Source of the DNA: Podarcis filfolensis
Taxonomy: Eukaryota
DNA: 64,000 bases
Assembly: GCA_964270895.1 (NCBI GenBank)
Contig: OZ185439.1
Strand: one strand, 5' to 3'
The position numbers and the translations under genes are program-made. Below are positions 22,055-34,152 of this stretch, piece after piece. Numbering within the stretch: the first letter of the stretch is position 1; every line of letters begins with the position of its first letter. Below the pieces are notes generated by a model that was not told where the DNA came from, searched no databases, and was given only the letters and a program-made list of their open reading frames with translations.

Positions 22055-24621
22055 TCATGGGCCAACATCACCAAACGTATCTTGAGATGCGTAGGTAATG
22101 TAGAGGAAGCTGTCATCATCTTTGTTGGCTGCATGGACCTCTGAAACAGTCAGGCTCAGGCAGGGCAGGCTCTTCTTGTTGTTTTTTTAAATAATATTTA
22201 TTACTTTTAAAGATTACAAAAAAGGAAAAGAAAAGAAAAGAAGACAAGAGAGAAAAAAACAAAAGAGGGGAAAAAAACAATACAATATATAGACAATACA
22301 AAACACAACCTAAACACATTAAACTAAACACATTAAACTAAACTAAACAAAATCCTAACCCTAACCCTAAATAAAACAAAACAAAAACAATTTAAAAACA
22401 TACATCACACCTTTTCCATACTCTAGCTTTCATTCCCTTGTTTCCTCGACCTCCTCTCACCTCCCTTTTTGTATTCCACTTCTATTAATTGTTTCAGCAA
22501 ATCCTTTCCATCTTTCTCTATTTTCTATCATATTATAAATATCTTCACATATTTTTAACCTTATTTTCCATTGAGACTAAAATACTTGTATATGCTTAAC
22601 TCCTTATAACATTTCTGCTAAGGCCATAAAATTTCATTCCACCATTTTTCTATCACTCATTAATTTTACAGTATTTCTATATATAAACTTTAAATTTTCC
22701 AATCTTCTTCCACCATCTCCTCTCCCTGGTTTCGGATTCTGCCCGTCCTTTCCGTCAATTCCATATAGTCCATCAACCTGGAGATCTTATGTCCGAGGCT
22801 CTTAACTCTTTTCCAGGTCCCTTCTGCAGGTCTTCTTCATATTCTTTAATGCTAAAGAGCAGATCTCGGGAAGACTCCAACCTAACAATACTTTTATTCC
22901 TTCTGGACAGGTCAGCCAAATTTCCATAGTTGAAGCTAAGATCCATAAAGTGTTTCAGGACATGTTTCAAGATTCCTCCAAATCTAAAAGCCCCCAGAAC
23001 TTCAATCTTCTCCAGACCCAAGTCCATGTCCCAGAAGTCAGTTAATCCCTGCATAGAGGGATCTTTCCAACTTTCCTTCTTCAGTCCAAGCCGGGATCCG
23101 ATCCTCAGAATCTGACTTTTTCTAGGTTCAATCATAAAAGGCCTCAACTTGTAGTCCTCAATTTGCTTCTGTAAGACTGAGGATCCCGCTTGTATTACTT
23201 TAGGTTCAACAACAACAGCTTTCTCCTTCTCCTCCACAATTTGTCCTGCCAAAGTAGATTCCTGTACCAAGTCCTGAATTATTTCTGTGTTGGTACTCAC
23301 TTTTTGTCTCAAATTAATCACTTTTTGTCCCAAGTTGTCAATTTTAAAAGCCATGTCATCCTTCTTATGAAGCTGTTCCAGCGAATAGCTTATCTTGCAT
23401 AATACAGTCACTATGGCTTCTCCTGTCAACATTTTTAAATGTTCCAAGGTCAATCTCTGGTTCTCACAATTTCTTATCTTGCAGCTGGAGATTCCCCAGT
23501 TACACTCCTGTAACAGTTTCAAAAGCTCCCTCTAGAGTGAAACAGTCTCCACTTGTATCAATCCTTTCAAACACAACTCAAGCCATAAAGATAGTTTCAA
23601 TTTTCAGTTACTTTTCCTCCTTTTTAAACGCAGAAGAGGACAATGGAAACAGTATCTTTCTCTTATTTAACTGGCTGTCAAGTACGTTCTGTTTGCAGTC
23701 AATGAACTCTCCCAAAACGTCACTCTTTTTGGCAGCCCGTTTCCAGGTTCAGAGCAGTGGTAATTTGATTTTTCACTCTCTCCTGCAGGCTCGCTAGGTC
23801 CAAAATTTCCCCCCTCTTCTCCTGCTTCCAAGGGGTTTTTTGTAATTTTAACCGATGGGAATTTAATCCTTTGCCAAAGGCTTTCCGAGACTTTAACTTG
23901 TAACGTCTTTGCTTCAATCTATTTACAAAAGAGGAAGGCGGACTTCCTGTTTAAGACCTTCCCGTTTTGGTGCCAAATTAAGGTATTTAAAGATCCAATT
24001 TTCCGTTCTACTCACGGGTAGTTGTTTAAAGTCCAATTGTCCACAGGAAAAAGTCAGCGCTCTCAGGCAACAGCAATGCGGCTTCACTCCATGAAAGAAG
24101 CAGTCAATTCGAAGCACCGCGCCACTCACCCCACGTCGCTCCGGATCCCCAAAACAGGGTTTCCCCGTGACTAGGGGAGGTGCAAAAGGTGCCAGCCAAA
24201 TCCCAGGTTCACAAGCTTCTCCCGCTTGTGATTTCAATGGGTCTCCGCCTTCGCCGTGGCGGTCAGACCCTGCTTTCCACGGAGCAAGTTCTTCCCGATC
24301 GGAGGAGCTCCGCTATTGCTGGAGGCGCCAACCCGGAAGTTCCAGGGCAGGCTCTTGTTGTCCACCAGCAAGTAGAAGGCTTGAGTGGCTGTCAGGGACA
24401 GGCGGGCCCTCAGACTGTAGACAAACTGAGACATAGATAGATCCCCTGAAACCAGGAATTTGAACCGGCTCAACTGAGGGAGTGTCTTCTCCTTCTGGTA
24501 ACGCTCAAGCACCACCGGAATCTTGCTTGGATACTTTGTCCTGATATCCTGTTTCCTGCATCCGAGAGGCTAAACTTTTCCTCTGCTTGAATGGACGGTC
24601 GTCACTCTGGAACCTCAACAT
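22055..24621 (-). pseudogene. MAP1LC3C: Intronless Atg8/LC3-family gene (MAP1LC3C-like), disrupted by a frameshift and an L1 insertion
   Basis: 24621->24343 reads MLRFQSDDRPFKQRKSLASRMQE[frameshift ~24552]QDIRTKYPSKIPVVLERYQKEKTLPQLSRFKFLVSGDLSMSQFVYSLRARLSLTATQAFYLLVDNKSLP(C). 22160->22055 reads LSLTVSEVHAANKDDDSFLYITYASQDTFGDVGP*. Motifs RPFKQRKS, KIPVV.ERY, KFLV, AFYLLV.NKSL and Y.TYASQ.TFG match LC3C. The repaired frame is 128 aa. It may be an LC3C-like paralogue rather than the orthologue. Confidence 0.9.
22175..24342 (-). mobile_element. 5'-complete, internally deleted L1 (half-L1-like, non-autonomous)
   Basis: GC-rich 5' end gaacttccgggttggcgcc; degenerate coiled-coil/RRM-like ORF1 pieces (23917-23720 and 23522-22773); an ORF2 tip at about 22775-22655 homologous to the end of 51261-51965; 3'UTR with AATAAA and A7. 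Perfect 14-bp TSD cagggcaggctctt (22161-22174, 24343-24356). Confidence 0.85.
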
Positions 24622-27539
24622 CTTTCTTTAAAAACACAAAAGACCCTTTTCTCCCCCTCACCGGCCCTTTCCACTTCCACTCTACAGCACTAACTCCAGG
24701 CATATCTCTCTCTGTGCATGTTTTGCGTGACACAGAATCTCATACATAAATACAGAACTTCATAGTAAAGTGCTTTTTAAAATGTCCTTCAAATTTCTTG
24801 TAAGAAAAGTAAAATATTGAAAATTAAGCGGTTCTTCTGAGATTGCATTTGTGGGTTGGGGAAGAAGCAGATCAAGAGGGAATCCAGAGTTTAGCAGCGA
24901 GATTGCACCATCATTTATAATACAATCATCACTTTTGAGTTAACCTAGGCCTTTTTCTTTTCAATAGGCAGGCCAAACTGCAGAATTTGGAACCCAGCAT
25001 AATGAGACTTTAAGCAGAACCCTAAACTATATGACTATACTCAGTCCCAACAAAAAGCCTAGATTTGAAAGGGATCTGCTAGGGTTCTCACACAAAACCC
25101 TTTCAAGTCTGAATCTGTGGGGTTTGGGAATAGGTGACAAGAGGATGCCAGCTTTGTTTTCACAAGCGCATGCTTGTTCTGTGGCTTCATCCCTTGATGC
25201 AATCATGAGATTCGGTAACAGCAGGGGCATCAGGCCTGGTTTGAAGTCTGAGTAGATGAAGAGAAAGGTGCTGGGAAGAAAGAGCCCTAAAGCAAAATCA
25301 AACCAACTTGCAAGCTCTGATGTCCGCCAAAAGAAAGGAGCACATGCCCTGTGTCTCTTGTCTCTGCTCATAGCATGAGCTGCCTCCATGTAGGAGCATG
25401 TGATTTTGAGCGATCTGAAATTGCTCTGTGAAAAGCGTCTGCTATCAATTACTTATTCATGTTGTTTCCGACAGCTAAAAATAAACCAACTTTTGTATAC
25501 GTACTGTGATGCAGGAAGTATACTAAACAATGTGAGGGATTAAATTGAAATTTTCAGAGCAAAACTACCAATGCATAAAGACCAATCTGGAGAAGAAACT
25601 TGTGTGTGTGTTTGTGTGGCTGGAGTGTGGGTGCACATTTCATACTTTGTCTTCTGTTTGAGTATGGATGTGTGGCAACTTAGACCCACCTTTTTTCTGA
25701 ATAGATTTTCTTTCTTGATCATTATCCTCCCCACTCCCCACCCCCCAATACTAACTAAACTTCCCTATGCTACCTTCAGCCTTGCTAATCAGCCACAAGT
25801 TACACCACTCTCACCAATGGATCCCCTTCTCTCTTTATCTCTGTCAAGTTGGGTTATACTGGAGGAGTCCAACACATTTTTCAGTTGGAGCTGGACATCA
25901 GCATTATTCAAGCCTGTGGGTCTGCAGAAAAGGAAATTGCGAAACATGGACTATCCTTTTCAAATTGAGAGCACTGTGGCAAATTATCTCTGTGGGAACT
26001 GAGAGCACAATCTAGAAGCCCCTGGTATTGCCACATGCAGAGATGGACACATAGGGTGCTGGCCATGCTGGAAATAACAATGCAGCTTCATGCGCTTCTG
26101 GCATGGTAGGCACCCTCTAATTATAATTGTCACAGCAAATGCCACAGTATAAGTATGCACAGACAGAGATGCTGATTTCACCTTCTGAATGAAACCACTT
26201 TCAAACTTTTTCTTTAGATGATAGGAAGGCTCATGCAGGAAGGGATATTCGCTTGGACGCACTAGCCCCAAGTCACATGGAATTTTACATACACAAATGT
26301 AAGACACATCAGATGTAATTTTTAGGCATTACAGAGCAGCCCTTTGGGAAGGGATTTAGAGCCTATGCTTTGGATGTAAAAGCCTCAAGGGCAATCTGGG
26401 ACCTCTCTGGTAGCCTGATGGGGTAAGACCATTGCCTAAGGCCTCAGAGAGAGGTGGCTATACATATGCAGCAAGCACTCTTTGCTGTTAAATCATTTGC
26501 TCTCCCATCCCTAAGTGGACGTGTGCAAAGGAGGCAGGCTGTTAAATGAACGTTCATGAATTACTTATCCACTGCTGTGAATTTATCAAGCCCTGTACAA
26601 GCAAGGGGACCAGGCATGTTTATAGAAACCCATTCCACCTTGTCCTCCTGATTCACTTTCCATTCTGCCCCCAAGCCATTCAAAGCCTGGAATCAAGAGG
26701 AGCCGGAAAGGTTGTTCCAGGATTAAGTGAGTAGTCTGTGCCTAGTCATAACAGAAAAGCATTTAATTGAACAGTTGTTGGGCTGCATTAACAAAGACTA
26801 CTCAAGGCACATGAGTTATGCATCCTTTCTTCTTTTCACCTTTCTCTCCCCACTACCCAGTTACCCAATTACTTTTGTTGGGCTAAGCATGTGACAACAT
26901 CACAGCATCTACAAAGCACAGATGTTGTCATGGCAATGGCAATGGCACTAGCACATGACACAAACACACGGGTTGCTGCTTGAAATGCAAAGTCTTGTCT
27001 CATGCACACCCTGGGCTGATGGAAATTGCAGCCACTGGTTTGGATGCTCTTTGTCTGGGCTCAGCGATTGCTGGAGATTTGCAATAGGATTTTAGACATG
27101 TCTCTCTGCATGAAGTTACAGCTTCACCTTTCCAGGCAAAGAGAATAAAGAAGGGTTCTTTTTAAGGAGAGGAACATCAATGAAGAAATGAATGTACACT
27201 AATATGAAATAATTTTCACTAGTCTACTGAGGTGGGGTGGAGGAACATGACCTGGAAGCAACAGTTTCATTATCAAGACTGCCAAGAACTCACATGGAAA
27301 CCACTCTCTCTCAGCGTTTGGTTACCATTTGTAATATGTGGTATTAACATTGGTCTGCTTTACAGGAATGTTGGAAATAAATATTTGGGATCCACTGAGC
27401 AGTAAACATGATTGGATTGCCAAGTAATGGCAACATCTCCAGCCCATCTGGCTTCCAATGAAGCAAGGAGCTGAGGCCTTGGAACATACAAGGCAAGGTC
27501 GCTACAAACCCAAGTTTTAAGATCAGGAGAGGCAACCCT

Positions 27540-27850
27540 CTTGGAAGTTCCACCTCCCTCATAAATTTGAGGGATTGGCCCAGGAAATGACATTCTCTGT
27601 GGCACTCCCAAAGTTGTGGAATTCCCACCCTACAAAGGTGCATCTGATATCTTCACAGCTTTGCTGAAGGTGCACAACTTTCCCCCTGACCGTTGGCTTC
27701 CAAGTTGTATGTGCTTTCAATATCCATCATATTCCTGTAATTGCAATTTGTTTTTGTCGTTTCTATTTCTCAATTTTAAATTGTTTAAGGTGCTCTGGAA
27801 CCTGCTGGCGAAGAGCGGGATATATACCAGTTTCGCCTCCTGCTTATATC
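27540..27850 (+). mobile_element. L2 LINE 3' remnant, highly diverged
   Basis: gacattctctgtggcactcccaaagttgtggaattcc...aaattgtttaaggtgctctggaa...gggatatat resembles squamate L2 tails. Confidence 0.4.
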
Positions 27851-29192
27851 AGCTTTAAAATGTCATCTTATATCCTTTCATGATCCCTGTTCCTCACCCT
27901 TCACACAGATGCCCTGGGGACACAACTCTTACCAATGAGGTTTTAGACTTGGGAACTCTGGGCAAACCTTTCCTGAGGACTTGTGAGTGATTTCCTGTCA
28001 TTTAGGCTTAAAAACAAAAACAAAAGTCTTTTAAAGGGATCTGTGGCTTAATGGAGCTTAATTAAAGTCATTTCCTATAGAGTGCCCTGCTGCTTCTTTT
28101 AGTGCTGCTTGGAGAGGCTCCTTCTTCATGCTGATAAATGAAGCAGCACACGGCTGCTCTCTAGTTTGTTTTCTCTAGTTTGGCTAGGGAATGACAAGAG
28201 GTCAACTGACATGGGACAAGTCTGCAGGCCAGAAAGGAGACTTGGCAGACCTAGCCCCTCAAGGGGGCCAAATGAAGAGCAAAGCCATTCTTTCAGCTGC
28301 ACCTTCAAAGGAGGAAACGAACTGCAGACCTTCCAACGCTATCACTTTTTAGGGCAGCCTAGGCTATTACCATCTGATATATTTCCATCCACTTGGCAAT
28401 TCGAGACAAAAGGCTACATAGTGCATGTACCTCACTGAAGTTTGGATTTTGGGGGAATTTGGATAAGCACGATAAACATGGAAGGGCTGAGATGGTAGAT
28501 CAAACTGGATATGTTTTTAAGAGCTCCTCAGCAAATTCATTTAGATTAGCTTTGCAAGAGCTGGGAGGTGAATTAATTAAAAACAGAACTTTTAAGCAGC
28601 ATAGAGCAGGCAAGGGAACTACAGTTAATAAAAAGTATCTCAAGCTTATAAATTTAAACATAGGTTTAAGAAACCTAATTGGATAAAAATACATGGCTGG
28701 TGCAGGTGTCTATGAGTTCAGGCACATTATGAAAAAATGAAAGAAGGTAAAATGGTGCTATAGTGGGGTTGAACGGGGAAGAGTTCCATTTCCTATCACA
28801 GCATATTGGGGAAGGCAATAATTTCAAGAGCTTTCCTCAGCTTCACAAGAAGTCTGGATTGCCTCATTTGATAAAATATTTGATAAAAGCATGGCAGATT
28901 TTCAACATCAGGCCTGGAAGACTGTATTGCCTTATAACTCGCCTTTTATTTTCTAATGTTTTCGGCCTTTGGGGTAGAATCCTCTGTTCAGCTTTTGTGA
29001 CTTACCTAACAATATTAGGGATGAAAGGAAATGGGACATAGTCTATCTCTCTCAATTTGGGCAGTGGTTTCAGAGGACAACTGCAACCTCAATGGTAATA
29101 CGGGCATTTGAATTTGAATGGACCACAAGCTTTGCCTTGTGGAACAATTTTACATGATTGTTCAAACACGGTCATAACCTGCTGACTATAAA

Positions 29193-29373
29193 AGGAACAT
29201 AAGCTTCCCGGTATGAACTCGGACCATTGTCCATCTAGCTCAGCATTGGTGACACTGACTGGCTCTCCAGGATTTCAGGTAGGAATCTCTCCCAGCCCTA
29301 CCTGAAGATACTGGGGGCTGAACCTAGGACATTCAGCGTGTAACACAGATGCCTTGACACTGAGCTGTGGCCC
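29193..29373 (-). mobile_element. Squam3-type tRNA-derived SINE
   Basis: Reverse complement gives gggccacagctcagtgtcaaggcatctgtg...gtcctaggttcagccccc...agggctgggagagattcc...gagctagatggacaatggtcc...atgttcct. Confidence 0.75.
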
Positions 29374-32300
29374 AGAATGAATTAATAATCTAAAAGCATC
29401 ATTTGCTGTAGATGTGACTATTGCTTTAAGACAAGGAATAGAGGAAGAGAGATCTTTCCTAAAAAGCTTTACGAAAAGACAATGTTTTTAAAAAATCCAT
29501 CAAAACTGCACTTGCTATACTCCTGCATATCAAGCCACATTTGTACCAAGTCAACAATGAATAGTGGTGGGAAAGCAGAATGATGCAACCAACTCTGCCT
29601 AACCCCACAATAGGACCATTTAACCTGCTTTCATTGTTCATTTATGTAATGTGCAACACAACCATGAAGGGTTAAATGGCATTGTTGAGCAGCAAACAGC
29701 AGATAAGGTATGAACTAAGAAATCTTTGGTTCAGATCTTAGTGTAGCCGTGATTGACTGGGTGGCTTTAAGAAACCAACTGTCTTATCAGTATGCTGTCT
29801 TGCGTTGAGTGCTGGAATTAAGATGGTGAGTCCTGAATTCTTCCCTGCTCTTCCACAAAAGTTAGTTGGTGATGTTGGCCCCAGATACCTCTCTCTTTCA
29901 ACCAGCCAACATTATATGATAGTTGTGAAGATAAGGGGGTGAACCATGTATTACATGGAAAGCAGAATAACACCCCCCCCCAAATGAATACAGTCTCAGG
30001 TCTCCCAAAAAATGGCAATAAGAACATTGGTTTGTGCCCTAAGGCTGCTGTAAGGATTCGTGAGGCAAAACCATTTAATTTCACTGCTAGATTTTATAGC
30101 AAAGGAAAATGTAAAAGGACAGAAATGCCTACCCAGATATTTAGAAAGCTAGTATGTTTTAATTAATTTTAGTCTACTCTATTGAGATTTTACCTTTTTT
30201 GTATGCTTTAAATTATGCTTGTAATTTTCTTAGTGATAATTTTATTGTTTTATCTTATTTGTAAACCATTCTGAGATTTCTTCTACAATTCCAAAGGCTG
30301 TTGTGAAATGAGATGGCAGAAGTGTGTCAGCTGCTCTGAAGGATGGGATAAATATATCATAAATAGATTGCCATGTCTATGGAGGGTGTTCTGTTTATTC
30401 TTTCCTTTTCAAAATCCAGCTAGACATTGACACTTTCCCATCAGGGAACATAGCAAAATATATCCTGGGCTTTCTTGATGTCACCACCCCCTTTTCATTT
30501 CTAATCCCTTTTAATCCATTCCCCCCAACTAGAAAGTGAATTTGTTGGCTATTTGAGACTCCAGATGGGAATTGCTATTCAGAAAGAGAGCGCAGAAGAG
30601 CAGCGTGTATCTGCACCGTTTGTAACTCCTGGGAACATTTTGATTGTCATATTTCAGGAGCTGATAATAGACATGGCTAAATAGGATGTAATTAAAAAGC
30701 TGCATCTTCTGTCTTGAATTAATGTGGCACTTCTCCCCTAAGAACCGTAGAAATAATTAGCCTCTTCAAGGCTGCATGTTAATTATCTGCTACAAGCCCA
30801 CTTTCTCTTATATAATGGGGAAGAAGCACCAACTTGGCTAGCCCATAATAACTGACTGATGAAAGTGATAACTGTTTGGCATTCAGCTCTTTTGTCTCTA
30901 ATTACTTTCTTTATCCAAGGAGATGTACAAGGATTAGACTGTTTACCTGAAGTAAAGAGATCGCTTCCTCTCCCTCCCTCTCTCAGTCTTTTCTTTCCCA
31001 TTCTCTCCCATATTTCCAATACAGTATTAAGCAGGTGCTACAAACCTGAAAAGATTCCAAGTCCATATGCTCAAGAAAACAGGATTCATGCTACTATGTT
31101 GACCAAGGGTTTGATTCTTACTTCTTTTCTGAAACTTCAGGCTCTGCTGAAAGTTACATGTTGAGAGGAGCCTTCATTTTCCTACATACACACATGGCCA
31201 GGCATTAGCCATAACATCAGTACTTTTATTATCAGTTGGTTTGGAAGTTTTCGGTCTTTTAAGCCAATGTTCTGCTGAGTAAAGAGTCCTGAGTAGGCAG
31301 GGCTTTTTTCACCAGAACTCAGTTCTGGCACTTCTCAGGTGGGGGCCACTGCCATTATAAGAGAACAAGGGAGGTTTGCATGGTGAGTTCCGGTACCTCT
31401 TTTCCTAGAAAAGCAGCACTGTAGGCAGCAATGGAAGAAATGTGTTCTGAACATAATTTTTCACAATTTAAAGATATGGTGGAGTAGCTTCTGTCACTCC
31501 CACCCACCACCTATAAATTGTGCTCAGAAACGCACTTGCAGATCCATTGCAGACCCTTGGGTCCCAGCAACCACTCCCAGCCACCACTCTGGCAGCCGCA
31601 TTCTGGATTCATTGTGTTTTCATGAAAGGGATGCTTTTGCATTTCTCATCCAACACAGCTGAAATCGGGAGCCACACTTGTATTTGACAGAACAGATAAA
31701 TCTCATCTTACGGCCACAACACAAAGAGGTCTGGTTCAGGCATAAAGCTAAAGGATGATACCTCAATCTTTAACACAAGTGCTGAAGCTGAGTTTATTCA
31801 GTGGGTGAAGAACCCACTAAGAGTTCTCATGTAATGCTACATCTGTCACCACCCTAATGCACTTAAACTATGACTACTTCAGCTACTAAATGTACCCAAT
31901 ATAAGGCATGTTGGCCTGGTTACTGCACAAAGAACAGGTATTAATACAATCCCTGCCTAGGGGCAGATAAGATGGCTTTGAAGAAGCAGCCAGGGCCAGA
32001 CACATCAATACTGGGATCAAGAGCCAGTAGAGGAGGAGCCATGAAAACAAAACATCTTGTAAGATAAGGAGATTTTTTTTAAAGGAAAGGCTTGTTTTGT
32101 TTATTTCTTATCTAAAAGCATGAGTGTCTGTTGCCCTATACAGTACATTGCATAATTAGACCTGCTTTCCCCCATGTTGATAATGAGGATGATGAAACAA
32201 ACAAAAATCTTGCATGTAGCAATTATTGTATGTAGCACTTACAACACTATACCTCAAGTAACATAGGACTGAAACATTTTAATCTATTCTCTCACTGCAC

Positions 32301-32876
32301 AGGATGAAAAGAAATTGAGACTGTGCATCCTCTTCACACAGCCAACCCTGTCTCAGAGTGGGCACCCCCCACCCCACCTGACCTCTCCTCTTTTGCATCT
32401 TCCCTCTTCTCCTTGAAAAATTTCCTGTTATTTTTCTGCCTTCCTGCAACAGGATGTAACATTCATCACAACAACAGAGTAACCTTCTAGGCAGCAAGCT
32501 AGAAGGTTGTCTTTTGTTCTCCAAATTCCTTTGTGTAAACTGGCTATCAGAAGAGAGGTTAAAATCTGTGAAATGTGATCATCTCACTCTTTTTTCTTAG
32601 TACCATTATAGAATGTTCAAGTGATTAATCAGTTTAGTATCTGTATCCATAGTAGAGCAGTGAAAGGCATCTCTACACGTGGCACACTAATGTGTGTAGT
32701 AGTGCCCTAATACCGTTTTTTAAGCAGAACTGCTTTGGGAAGAAAGAGAAGAGAGGTAGCTGGGGAGGGAAAAGGTACTTTACCCTTTCCCCATCCACCA
32801 TTTCTCTCTTCCAGATTACCACTCCTGTGTGAAATTTCAAATTGTTTGTATCATTTTTATACCCCACCCTTCTCCC

Positions 32877-33592
32877 CAGGGCTGGATTTAGGTTTGATGA
32901 GGCCCTAAGCTACTGAAGGTAATGGGGCCCTTTATATGTCCAGCTGTCCTTTGTCAACCATAAATTGTCGCTGTTTTTTGTATTGAATATATACTATATG
33001 GTAGTTTATGGACCTAATAAGTATCTACACTGTAAAGCCATTTGCATATAACAAAATATGTATTTTATCAAAGTAATTGTTGAACTGAAATACAACTAAG
33101 AAGAAATGTATTAATAGTGAAATAATTATTAAGCTCTAACTTAAATTGATTTTTTATTCATAAGAAACTTAATGCAAACACATTGGCATTTGGCAATAGC
33201 AAAAGTTCCTTTAGAAACACAGTTGACAAAGACTCATAATCTAGTCTCTAGAAACTTGCTATTACATGAAATAATAATAGGTGTAAATATATGATGCAAA
33301 CTACAAATAATTATAAATAGCAGAATGTAGGCACCCTATATATAGAAATGATCAAACCAGTGATATTTTAGGGAGCAGGCTAGCAGGCGGGGCCCATTAC
33401 TTACATCATAGGCGCCTACACAGCACAAAACACTGTTGGTGTATATAGGTTTTATTTTTGTTTTGTTTTTTATCTTATATTTTGGAACTGTACATCCAGG
33501 TTTTTTTCCTTTCATTTTTTTTTGGGGGGGGGGGGCAAGAGAGTGGAGCCCTAAACTATAGTTTCTTTAGCTTATATGTAATTCCAGCACTG
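32877..33592. mobile_element. hAT non-autonomous element (716 bp)
   Basis: TIRs cagggctggattta / gtaattccagcactg, subterminal ggggccc repeats, and 8-bp TSD cttctccc / cttccccc (7/8 match). Confidence 0.82.
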
Positions 33593-33779
33593 CTTCCCCC
33601 TGAAGGCTTGTCCTCATATTTGAAATGCTGTGAGGGATCAGCCATGATGGTGAGGCAATTGGGAGTCAGAATACAGTAATGTATGTAGGGAATAGTTAAG
33701 CGGATAGTTTAATGTTCATGTGGATAGTTATATGCAGTTTAGAAATGTGTCTTTTGTGGGATAGTAAATGTTTAAAAGA

Positions 33780-34152
33780 GGGACATGGGTGGCACTGTGG
33801 GTTAAACCACAGAGCCTAGGGCTTGCCAATCAGAAGGTCGGTCGTTCAAATCCCCACGATGGAGTGAGCTCCCGTTGCTTGGTCCCAGCTCTTGCCAACC
33901 TAGCAGTTTGAAAGCCTGTCAAAGTGCAAGTAGATAAATAGGTACCGCTCTGGTGGGAAGGTAAATGGCATTTCTGTGCGCTGCTCTGGTTTCGCCAGAA
34001 GCAGCTTACGGTAGTTATGCTGGCCACATGACCCAGAAAAACTGTCTGAGTAAGGACAGACACTGGCTCCCTCAGCCTGTAAAGCGAGATCAGCGCCGCA
34101 ACCCCAGAGTCGTCTGCGACTGGACTTAATGGTCAGGGGTCCCCTTTACCCT
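33780..34152 (+). mobile_element. Sauria SINE (Squam1), full length
   Basis: Head gggacatgggtggcactgtgggttaaacc, B box gttcaaatcc, tail ggtcccctttacc. Confidence 0.92.

Noticed and set aside
22773-23522. 249-aa ORF as a novel cellular gene
   Set aside because: It lies inside the TSD-bounded L1 derivative and is best explained as degenerate ORF1 run-through.
24234-24515. 93-aa ORF as an intact LC3 isoform
   Set aside because: It starts at an internal GTG, lacks the N-terminal helices and the C-terminal glycine, and reads into the L1 5'UTR.
31298-31421. hAT MITE with cagggctttttt...gcactg ends
   Set aside because: Probably real, but the flanking 8-mers (tgagtagg, taggcagc) do not match, so the boundaries are unsupported.
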